Of a DNA stretch of 64,000 nucleotides, positions 17,419 through 25,363 are shown piece after piece (positions within the stretch are counted from its first letter, which is position 1; every line of letters starts with the position of its first letter). The position numbers were made by a program, and so were the translations under genes. The notes beneath the pieces are model-generated. The model had not been told where the DNA came from. It ran no database searches and saw nothing but the letters and a program-made list of their open reading frames with translations. The stretch lies in assembly GCF_024223415.1 (NCBI RefSeq), contig NZ_CP100500.1; one strand, given 5' to 3'. Source of the DNA: Escherichia coli. Its GTDB lineage: Bacteria; Pseudomonadota; Gammaproteobacteria; Enterobacterales; Enterobacteriaceae.

Positions 17419-17482
17419 AAACAGCCATTCAACGCCGCTGCGGTGCATGAAACCATTACAGAACGCACCAGGAGAGAACACC

Positions 17483-18574
17483 ATGAAAGAGCTGTCAGTT
17501 ACCGTTCCGTCACCGGATATCGACATCACCATCAACAACAACACACTGGCAAACCTCACAGAGCGACTCATGACGCTGACCCTGACGGATAACCGGGCCT
17601 TTGAGGCAGACCGCGTCACCCTCACCCTTGACGATACGGACGGGCAGTTACAGTTGCCACCACGTGGCGCACGCCTGAGAGTGATGATTGGCTGGCGAGG
17701 AGAATCACTGGTTAACAAGGGCACCTACGTCGTTGATGAGGTTGCGTGGGAAGGACCTCCAGATAAACTGATCATCACCGCCAGCAGCGCAGATTTTCGG
17801 GAAGAGTTCAACGTGAGGCGGGAGGTATCCTGGCACGACGTGACCGTAAAACAGGTTGTGTCAGCCATCGCTCACCGCTACGGCCTGAAGACACAGATAA
17901 GCGAAATCCTCATGGATATCGAAATTGACCACGCTGACCAGACCGAAGAGAGCGATATATCCTTCCTGACCCGCATGGCTGAAATGCTGGGTGCGATTGC
18001 CACCGTAAAAAACGGCAGCCTGTTATTCATTCTGCCGGGTGGCGGAACCGGGCCGGACGGAAGAGCCCTGCCTTCGTTCGCCATTACCCGCAGCAGCGGC
18101 GACAGTCACCGCTTTCGCATTGCTGACCGTGATGCGTATACGGGGGTCCGGGCGCACTGGCTCGATCTGAAGTTCGGGCAAAAGAAAAAAGTGAACGTGA
18201 AGCGACGCAGGGAAGCCGGGAAACAGAAACAGGAGAAGAGCAGCAGCCGGGAGGGTGATTACATGGAAGGCGCGGAAGGGAACGTCTACGTTCTGCGCAG
18301 GACTTACCAGAATGAAGAAACCGCACGACGTGCAGCTGCGGCAAAGTGGCAGGAGTTACAGCGGGGAGCAGCGGCATTCTCCATCACTCTGGCACGGGGT
18401 CGTGCCGACCTGTACCCCGAAATGCACGGCAGGGTAACAGGTTTTAAAAGCGAGGTGGACAATCAGGACTGGATTATTGCCAGGGTGGAGCACATCATAG
18501 ATGAAAGCGGCTTCACCACACAACTGGAGCTGGAAGCGAAAATCCCCGAATGGATAGCAGATTCAGGCGGATAA
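17483..18574 (+). CDS. D: late control/tail protein, P2 gpD family
   Basis: GGAGAG SD. LMTLTLTDNRAFEADRVTLTLDDTDGQLQLPPRGA is the hallmark gpD motif. Confidence 0.85.
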   Translation: MKELSVTVPSPDIDITINNNTLANLTERLMTLTLTDNRAFEADRVTLTLDDTDGQLQLPPRGARLRVMIGWRGESLVNKGTYVVDEVAWEGPPDKLIITASSADFREEFNVRREVSWHDVTVKQVVSAIAHRYGLKTQISEILMDIEIDHADQTEESDISFLTRMAEMLGAIATVKNGSLLFILPGGGTGPDGRALPSFAITRSSGDSHRFRIADRDAYTGVRAHWLDLKFGQKKKVNVKRRREAGKQKQEKSSSREGDYMEGAEGNVYVLRRTYQNEETARRAAAAKWQELQRGAAAFSITLARGRADLYPEMHGRVTGFKSEVDNQDWIIARVEHIIDESGFTTQLELEAKIPEWIADSGG

Positions 18575-18617
18575 AATTAAAATGAGCCATCTCCACTCAG
18601 CCAGATAAGGAGAAGCC

Positions 18618-18869
18618 ATGTTCCGTTGTCCCCTATGCGGTGCATCCGCACGTATCCGCACCAGTCGCAATGAAAATGATTCAGGCACAGTTCGCCTGAA
18701 GTACTACCAGTGCAATAACCTCGAATGCGGGATCGGCTTTACCACACTGGAGGGTTTTAACAAATTCACATCAAAACGCGCCCCGTCGCCGCAGGGTACA
18801 GAGCGGATACCGTGGGAAGATTTTCCGGGATCTCACAGGGGGAATACTCAGATTAATCTTGATATTTAA
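18618..18869 (+). CDS. ogr: late gene transcription activator, Ogr/Delta zinc-finger family
   Basis: MFRCPLCGASARIRTSR...YYQCNNLECGIGFTTLE matches P2 Ogr (MFHCPLCQHAAHARTSR...YHQCQNVNCSATFITYE) with the CxxC...CxxxxC arrangement. Confidence 0.9.
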   Translation: MFRCPLCGASARIRTSRNENDSGTVRLKYYQCNNLECGIGFTTLEGFNKFTSKRAPSPQGTERIPWEDFPGSHRGNTQINLDI

Positions 18870-18918
18870 GAACAATAATCAGGTTGAGAGGACATCATAA
18901 GGCAAGTAGATTAACGGC

Positions 18919-19013
18919 AGATACTTTCCCGCAACCACGGGCAAGTATTTAATTATCCATGATGAAATATGACCTAAATTGTTTTTTGCCCGCCGGAAAG
19001 CGGGCATTTTTTT
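18919..19013 (+). ncRNA. predicted sRNA, A-type copy A0 (directly after ogr)
   Basis: Promoter TTGAGA (18884-18889), 17-bp spacer, TAGATT (18907-18912). Internal hairpin CCCG-caacca-CGGG. Terminator GCCCGC-cggaaa-GCGGGC (18988-19005) followed by a T-run. The 5' end is estimated. Confidence 0.45.
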
Positions 19014-19227
19014 ATTCTTTTGTGGTTATGGGGTCATCAGGAACCACGTGCAGATTATATTTTTGTTTTTTTGGCGTTCCTCCGGCAGCAACGAGTTCAT
19101 CAATAAGACACTGACACGCCTGAACATCCCGGGCATGTCTTAGTTTCACCTTTATTGATTTAACCTTATCCTCACCGGAGGAGAAATGCAGTTCAATCTC
19201 AATATCGTTTCTTCGGAACAATCTCAT
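19012..19227 (-). CDS. hypothetical small protein R1 (71 aa), the only intact copy of a triplicated ORF
   Basis: MRLFRRNDIEIELHFSSGEDKVK.... The start with an SD is conserved in the two decayed copies (AGGAGG in copy 2). The stop abuts the bidirectional terminator. No family recognised. Confidence 0.4.
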   Translation of the reverse strand: MRLFRRNDIEIELHFSSGEDKVKSIKVKLRHARDVQACQCLIDELVAAGGTPKKQKYNLHVVPDDPITTKE

Positions 19228-19321
19228 ACGCCCCCTGAATATATCAGAAATACTAGTATCGAAAAATGAGAAAACAGTTAGACAGGAGAAACATATTAAC
19301 ACAAATCATTTATACCTATAG

Positions 19322-19339
19322 ATGAAATTATAATTTCAT
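19322..19339. promoter_or_regulatory. perfect 18-bp palindrome ATGAAATTATAATTTCAT between divergent R1 and B1
   Basis: Read directly from the sequence. Degenerate versions sit at the same place in unit 2 (~20497) and unit 3 (~21143). Confidence 0.4.
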
Positions 19340-19371
19340 TCATGAATATGATAGATAACTATATTGTGAAC

Positions 19372-19478
19372 AAAATGAAAAATGGCTAAATTAAAAATGG
19401 GCATGGAGGAATGCCCGGTTATCAATATAATGTGACGTAGATCATTGTTTTGCCCGCCGGAGAGCGGGCATTTTTTTT
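19372..19478 (+). ncRNA. predicted sRNA, B-type copy B1
   Basis: -10 TATATT at 19360-19365. Hairpin GGGCAT-ggagga-ATGCCC. Terminator hairpin 19452-19469 followed by T8. Ends are estimated. Confidence 0.35.
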
Positions 19479-19582
19479 GCGCCTGCCATCGAGGCGCCTT
19501 CCCTGGCGCACACAAAGCAGCCCTGATTTTCCATGAAAACTTCAGGGTTGAGCTGCGGGCACAAAGTGAGTAGATTAGCTAC

Positions 19583-19679
19583 GGGTACCTCCCCCTGACA
19601 ACAGGAAGGGTGTCCATTATCCATGATATACAAACGAAAAGTCTTGTTTTTTGCCCGCCGAAGCGCGGGCATTTTTTTA
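19583..19679 (+). ncRNA. predicted sRNA, A-type copy A1 (immediately upstream of hok locus 1)
   Basis: TTGAGC (19548-19553), 17-bp spacer, TAGATT (19571-19576). 5' hairpin around CCUGACAACAGG. Terminator 19653-19670 followed by T7. Confidence 0.45.
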
Positions 19680-19723
19680 TGCATCAGACAAGATACAGCC
19701 CACCCCAACTGACACCTGAAATA

Positions 19724-19752
19724 TTGCCGCAACAAAAAGAAACAGTTAAATT
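19724..19752 (+). promoter_or_regulatory. candidate hok/mok mRNA promoter
   Basis: TTGCCG (19724-19729), 16/17-bp spacer, TTAAAT/TAAATT (19746-19752). The predicted start coincides with GGGUGCCUU (19759-19767), which is complementary to a 3' element (20102-20110). Confidence 0.5.
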
Positions 19753-19794
19753 ACGCGCGGGTGCCTTTCGGCTGATGGCCGGAGGGAAAACCTG

Positions 19795-19864
19795 AAGGCC
19801 GGATGTGGAAAGGCCCCGGAAAACATTTCTGTTTAACCGAGGCCCTAACCGCATTACCTTGACA
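19795..19864 (-). ncRNA. sok: candidate Sok-like antisense RNA (ends approximate)
   Basis: Minus-strand promoter TTGCTC (19899-19894), 17-bp spacer, TAACCT (19876-19871), overlapping the hok SD. The transcript would cover the mok start at 19805, as in R1 hok/sok. No terminator could be resolved. Confidence 0.35.
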
Positions 19865-20038
19865 AGTGAAAGGTTAGCGCCTCTCCGGAAAAGGAGCAAG
19901 TGCTATGTCGCAAAAATCGCTTACGGCCATCACGTTCTGCGTGACGGCAATCCTCATCATCTGGATATTGCACGGTTCGCTGTGCGAAATACGGATGAGC
20001 TTCTGGGGAGCGGAGTTTGCGGCGTTCTTACAATGTAA
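19805..20038 (+). CDS. mok: mok-like overlapping reading frame
   Basis: 77-codon ORF with a GAAGG SD. It starts 100 nt upstream of hok and overlaps almost all of it in another frame, which is the hok/mok architecture. Confidence 0.5.
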   Translation: MERPRKTFLFNRGPNRITLTSERLAPLRKRSKCYVAKIAYGHHVLRDGNPHHLDIARFAVRNTDELLGSGVCGVLTM

Positions 20039-20045
20039 GAAGTAA
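19905..20045 (+). CDS. hok: Hok/Gef-family type I toxin (46 aa)
   Basis: AAGGAG SD. MSQKSLTAITFCVTAILIIWILHGSLCEIRMSFWGAEFAAFLQCKK has one TM plus the SLCE...AAF motif of Hok proteins; closest by memory to HokA. Confidence 0.8.
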   Translation: MSQKSLTAITFCVTAILIIWILHGSLCEIRMSFWGAEFAAFLQCKK

Positions 20046-20134
20046 GGAAACCGCGACGGGGGAGCAATCCCCCGTCAATCGGTTGCCAGGGTAAGGTCGA
20101 TAAGGCACCCTATCTCACAGACATGAACAAACAA

Positions 20135-20167
20135 ACCCGCAGCATAAAAACTGCGGGTTTTCTTTTT
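20135..20167 (+). terminator. intrinsic terminator of hok locus 1
   Basis: ACCCGCAG-cataaaaa-CTGCGGGT followed by TTTTCTTTTT. Confidence 0.7.
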
Positions 20168-20298
20168 GGTGTCCTCACCGACTTGAAACAGTGATCAGAC
20201 TATAAGACAAAGCCCGCAATGTTGCGGGCTTACTCTACCTCTCGAAAATGTGGTCACTGCGTGGACATACGCTGATACAAATCCTTTATATCAATAAA

Positions 20299-20397
20299 TT
20301 AAATCTTTGTTTTTTTCATCAACAATGATTTAACCTTATCCTCACCGGAGGAGAAATGCAGTTCAATCTCAATATCGTTTCTGTGGAACAGCCTCAT
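20299..20397 (-). pseudogene. truncated copy R2 of the small ORF (32 codons)
   Basis: MRLFHRNDIEIELHFSSGEDKVKS is identical in pattern to R1; it then diverges and stops. An AGGAGG SD is retained. Confidence 0.4.
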
Positions 20398-20544
20398 AAG
20401 ACAACCTCCTGAATTCATCAGAAACACAGTCAACTGAAAACCAGAAAGCAGACAAACAGTGGACACACATTAATACAAATCATTTATACCTATAGATGAA
20501 ATTGCAGTTTCATCTATAACATGACAGGTAACAATATTGTGAAA

Positions 20545-20651
20545 AAACTCAAAACTCGTTAGATTAAAGACGGACAGAGCAATGCTACTTTATCAATAAC
20601 ATGTAACCTGTACTTCCTTATTTTGCCCGCCGAAGCACGGGCATTTTTTTT
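20545..20651 (+). ncRNA. predicted sRNA, B-type copy B2 (divergent body)
   Basis: -10 AATATT near 20533. Terminator 20625-20642 followed by T8. The body differs from B1/B3. Confidence 0.3.
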
Positions 20652-20755
20652 GCGCCTGCCATCGAGGCGCCTTCCCTGGCGCACACAAAGCAGCCCTGAT
20701 TTTCCATGAAAACTTCAGGGTTGAGCCAAAAGCACAAAGACAGTAGATTAACCAC

Positions 20756-20849
20756 GGGTGCCTTCCACCTGACAACAGGAAGGGTGTCCAGTATCAATGA
20801 CAGACAACTCACATTGCTGTTTTGCCCGCCGGAAAGCGGGCATTTTTTT
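20756..20849 (+). ncRNA. predicted sRNA, A-type copy A2
   Basis: TTGAGC (20721-20726), 17-bp spacer, TAGATT (20744-20749). Hairpin CCTTCC-acctgacaaca-GGAAGG. Terminator 20824-20841 followed by T7. Confidence 0.45.
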
Positions 20850-20981
20850 ATTCTTTTGTGGTTATTGGGTCATCAGGAACAACATGCAGATTATGCTTTG
20901 ATTTTTTTGGTGTTATTACAGCAGCAACGAGTTTATTAATAAGACACTGACATGCCTGAACATCCCTGACATATCATAATA

Positions 20982-21053
20982 TCACTTTATTTTTTTAGCT
21001 TGTCCTTTCTGGAGCAGAAATATCTCAACATCGTTTCTGTGGAACAACCTCAT
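20982..21053 (-). pseudogene. decayed copy R3 of the small ORF (stop after 23 codons, internal deletions)
   Basis: MRLFHRNDVEIFLLQKGQAKKIK*. Flanking DNA is still alignable by eye to the R1 gene. Confidence 0.35.
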
Positions 21054-21192
21054 TTGCCCTTGAATGTATCATAAATATCAGCATCGGAAAACCAACAGCA
21101 ATACAGAAGAAACATGTTAATGCAAATCACTTATACCTATAGATGAAATTACAGTTTTGTTCATAAATATGATAAGTAACTATATTGTGAAT

Positions 21193-21300
21193 AAAATGAA
21201 AACTAGCTAAATTAAACGTGGGCATGGTGGAATGCCTCGTAATCAATAATACATGATCCGTACTTCCTTGTTTTGCCCGCCGGAAAGCGGGCATTTTTTT
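21193..21300 (+). ncRNA. predicted sRNA, B-type copy B3
   Basis: -10 TATATT at 21181-21186. Hairpin GGGCAT-ggtgga-ATGCC. Terminator 21275-21292 followed by T7. Confidence 0.35.
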
Positions 21301-21404
21301 GGCGGTTACCATCGCCTCACCTTCCTGGTTCACATGAAGCAACCCTGATTTTCCATGAAAACTTCAGGGTTGAGACAAAAGCACAAAGACAGTAGATTAA
21401 CCAC

Positions 21405-21497
21405 GGGTACCTTCCACCTGACAACAGGAAGGCTGTCCAGTATCAATGACAGACAACTCACATTGCTGTTTTGCCCGCCGGAAAGCGGGCTTTTTTT
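21405..21497 (+). ncRNA. predicted sRNA, A-type copy A3
   Basis: TTGAGA (21370-21375), 17-bp spacer, TAGATT (21393-21398). Terminator 21473-21490 followed by T7. Confidence 0.45.
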
Positions 21498-21601
21498 GGC
21501 AGTTATCATAGCCGCACCTTCCTGGCACATATGAAGCAACCCTGATTTTCCATGAAAACTTCAGGGTTGAGACAAAAGCACAAAAACAGTAGATTAACCA
21601 C

Positions 21602-21699
21602 GGGTGCCTGCCACCTGACAACAGGAAGGGTGTCCATTATCCATGATATACAAACGAAAAGTCTTGTCTTTTGCCCGCCAAAGCGCGGGCATTTTTTTA
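21602..21699 (+). ncRNA. predicted sRNA, A-type copy A4 (immediately upstream of hok locus 2)
   Basis: TTGAGA (21567-21572), 17-bp spacer, TAGATT (21590-21595). The 3' half is identical in pattern to A1. Terminator 21673-21690 followed by T7. Confidence 0.45.
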
Positions 21700-21909
21700 T
21701 GCATCAGACAAGATACAGCCCACCCCAACTGACACCTGAAATATTGCCGCAACAAAAAGAAACGGGTGCCTTTCGGCTGATGGCCGGAGGGAAAACCTGA
21801 AGGCCGGATGTGGAAAGGCCCCGGAAAACATCTGTGTTTAACCGAGGCCTGACCCTTCCTACCGTGACAAGTGGAAGGTTAGCGCCTCTTTGTAAAAGGA
21901 GCAAGCGCT

Positions 21910-22050
21910 ATACCGCAAAAAACGATTATTGTTGGCATTTTATGCCTGACAATAACCCTGGTCATCTGGATGGTCCACGATTCGTTATGTGAATTCAGCT
22001 TTGATATCTGGGGAGCGCGTTTTGCGGCGTTCTTGCAGTGTAAACCGTAA
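21910..22050 (+). pseudogene. hok: hok-family toxin gene with ATG>ATA start and deleted promoter
   Basis: (I)PQKTIIVGILCLTITLVIWMVHDSLCEFSFDIWGARFAAFLQCKP. The first codon is ATA where locus 1 has ATG. A 16-bp deletion removes the -10 element present in locus 1. Confidence 0.65.
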
Positions 22051-22200
22051 GAAACCGCAGCGGGGGAGAAATTCCCCGCTATCCGGTTGTTGGGGTGGGC
22101 CGATATGGCGCCCTTTCCCTGTAGAGACAAAACAAAAAACCAGATTTGCCCGCCATTGAGAGGGCTTTTTTGTCACCCTCACCAGTGAGGGCATCATCAT

Positions 22201-22422
22201 TCAGAGGCGCGTAAGCCACCCGGCGTTAACATCCTGCCTGTCAACCCTGGCCGCAGAGTCTGAACGGCAGGTACCGGAAGGAGTACCAAAAACATCCCTG
22301 ACAAGTTCCGCCACCTTCCCGATATCATCAGGTGTCACATTCCTCACCTCGGCAGTGATCCGTGGCGTACCATCATCGTTAACAAGAGTGGCTTTAAAGC
22401 TGGTGCGAAGGGAAAACAACAT
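22201..22422 (-). CDS. hypothetical small protein (~73 aa)
   Basis: GGGAGGGG SD upstream of clustered ATGs. No family recognised. Not part of the serS region as I remember K-12. Confidence 0.3.
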   Translation of the reverse strand: MLFSLRTSFKATLVNDDGTPRITAEVRNVTPDDIGKVAELVRDVFGTPSGTCRSDSAARVDRQDVNAGWLTRL

Positions 22423-22626
22423 CAACATCCCCTCCCTTTGGTTCGTTGCACTGACGGCACGACACCATCAGGAAAAAGAAAAGCCCACAACGTCAGTATT
22501 GTGGACTTTTTTCTTCAAAGATGGACATTATCTGGACACATGAAAATAAAATCCATTTATTTTCATATAGTTAAGTACCATGCAAAAGCGCCCGCAGGCG
22601 CTTTTTAGATTCAGAAAAATTAGGTA

Positions 22627-23940
<1,314 letters not shown>

Positions 23941-24009
23941 TTAAATGGGAGATGTGGCCACAGCCTGCGACCACAGGGATACAGTAACAACATTACCGCA
24001 ACGATAACA

Positions 24010-25353
24010 TTAACGGTAGCGTTTTATGGGGCTATTTTGATCCTGTTCAGCCAGCCAGGCGAGCTTTTCGCCAATCTTGCCTTCAAGGCCCCTGTTTGTC
24101 GGGAAATAATAGCGTGTTTGTGCTATTTCCGGCGGGAAGTAAACCTCACCGGCAGCATAAGCGTTTGATTCATCATGAGCGTAACGATATTCCTGCCCGT
24201 AGCCCATTTCCTTCATTAATTTCGTCGGCGCATTACGCAAATGAACCGGCACGTCATAATCCGGGCGTTCGCGAGCATCGGCCAGCGCGGCTTTAAACGC
24301 AGTGTAGACAGCGTTGCTTTTTGGCGCGCAGGCCAGGTAAACAATCGCCTGAGCAATGGCGCGTTCACCTTCCGCCGGGCCAACGCGAGTAAAGCAATCC
24401 CAGGCCGCAATTGCCACCTGCATCGCCCGTGGATCGGCATTACCGACGTCTTCAGACGCTATCGCCAAACAGCGACGCGCGACATATAACGGATCGCCAC
24501 CAGCGGTAATAATTCGCGCATACCAGTAGAGCGCCGCATCGGGTGCGCTACCACGTACCGACTTATGCAGTGCGGAAATCAGATCGTAAAAGCGATCGCC
24601 TTTGTTATCAAAGCGGGCGCTACGTTCACCGGCGATTTCGGTCAGTAATTCAGGCTTCAGGACCCGCTTACCGCTATCATCGACTTCGGCCATATCCGCC
24701 ATCATTTCCAGCGTATTTAACGCCCGGCGCGCGTCGCCATTCACCAGTTCTGCAATGGCACGTCGTGTTTCATCTGGCAGAACAATATCCTGACCACCAT
24801 AGCCACGGGTTTTGTCTTCCATCGCCTGAGTTAGTACTTGCTCAATATCCTCTGTACTCAGGGATTTCAACAGATAAACACGGGCACGGGAAAGCAGTGC
24901 CGAATTAAGCTCAAACGACGGGTTTTCAGTGGTTGCGCCAATAAAAGTGATGGTGCCGTCTTCAATATGTGGCAGAAATGCATCCTGCTGGCTTTTGTTG
25001 AAACGGTGAACTTCGTCAACAAAAAGAATAGTGCGGCGACCTGCATTGCGGTTTTGCCGGGCGCGCTCGATCGCCTCGCGAATCTCTTTCACGCCAGAGG
25101 TGACGGCAGAAATACGTTCCACATCAGCGTTCGCATAGCGGGCAATCACTTCAGCGAGGGTTGTTTTGCCGGTACCCGGTGGCCCCCAGAGGATCATAGA
25201 ATGCAAATGCCCGGCTTCGATAGCGCGCGGCAGCGGCTTCCCCGCAGCCAGCAAATGTTGCTGGCCGATATACTGTGCTAAATTTTCTGGCCGCATACGC
25301 GCGGCCAGAGGTTGAAAAGTATTATCCGAAAAATCGAGCGACAGATTGCTCAC
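24010..25353 (-). CDS. rarA: replication-associated recombination protein A (AAA+ ATPase)
   Basis: 447 aa; Walker [10 protein letters not shown]; matches E. coli RarA/YcaJ and the K-12 synteny. Confidence 0.95.
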   Translation of the reverse strand: MSNLSLDFSDNTFQPLAARMRPENLAQYIGQQHLLAAGKPLPRAIEAGHLHSMILWGPPGTGKTTLAEVIARYANADVERISAVTSGVKEIREAIERARQNRNAGRRTILFVDEVHRFNKSQQDAFLPHIEDGTITFIGATTENPSFELNSALLSRARVYLLKSLSTEDIEQVLTQAMEDKTRGYGGQDIVLPDETRRAIAELVNGDARRALNTLEMMADMAEVDDSGKRVLKPELLTEIAGERSARFDNKGDRFYDLISALHKSVRGSAPDAALYWYARIITAGGDPLYVARRCLAIASEDVGNADPRAMQVAIAAWDCFTRVGPAEGERAIAQAIVYLACAPKSNAVYTAFKAALADARERPDYDVPVHLRNAPTKLMKEMGYGQEYRYAHDESNAYAAGEVYFPPEIAQTRYYFPTNRGLEGKIGEKLAWLAEQDQNSPIKRYR

Positions 25354-25363
25354 TCAGGTGCCT

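Noticed and set aside
16038-17468. N-terminal extensions offered by the ORF track (sheath to 17468, trxB from 31318, lrp to 30923, cbtA to 39876, GTPase to 50978, PxpA-like to 61437, PxpC-like to 58157, gpW from 6254, gpR from 4624, gpX from 3080)
   Set aside because: In each case an internal start has an SD and/or matches the known N-terminus of the family, and the extension is unsupported.
18985-21700. Recurrent ~30-bp motif ttttgcccgccggaaagcgggcattttttt, which could be taken for a CRISPR-like or REP-like repeat array
   Set aside because: Spacing is irregular (about 170-450 bp), and each copy is a hairpin plus T-run at the end of a promoter-bearing unit. The copies are intrinsic terminators, not CRISPR repeats, and no cas genes are present.
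19442-21800. ORF-track entries inside the sRNA array (19442-19735, 19610-19795, 20593-20812, 20706-20939, 21127-21342, 21330-21621, 21552-21800)
   Set aside because: Each reads straight through one or two terminator hairpins, giving the recurring KKMPALRRAK / FCPPKRGHFF strings. They lack SDs and their frames are not conserved between repeat copies.
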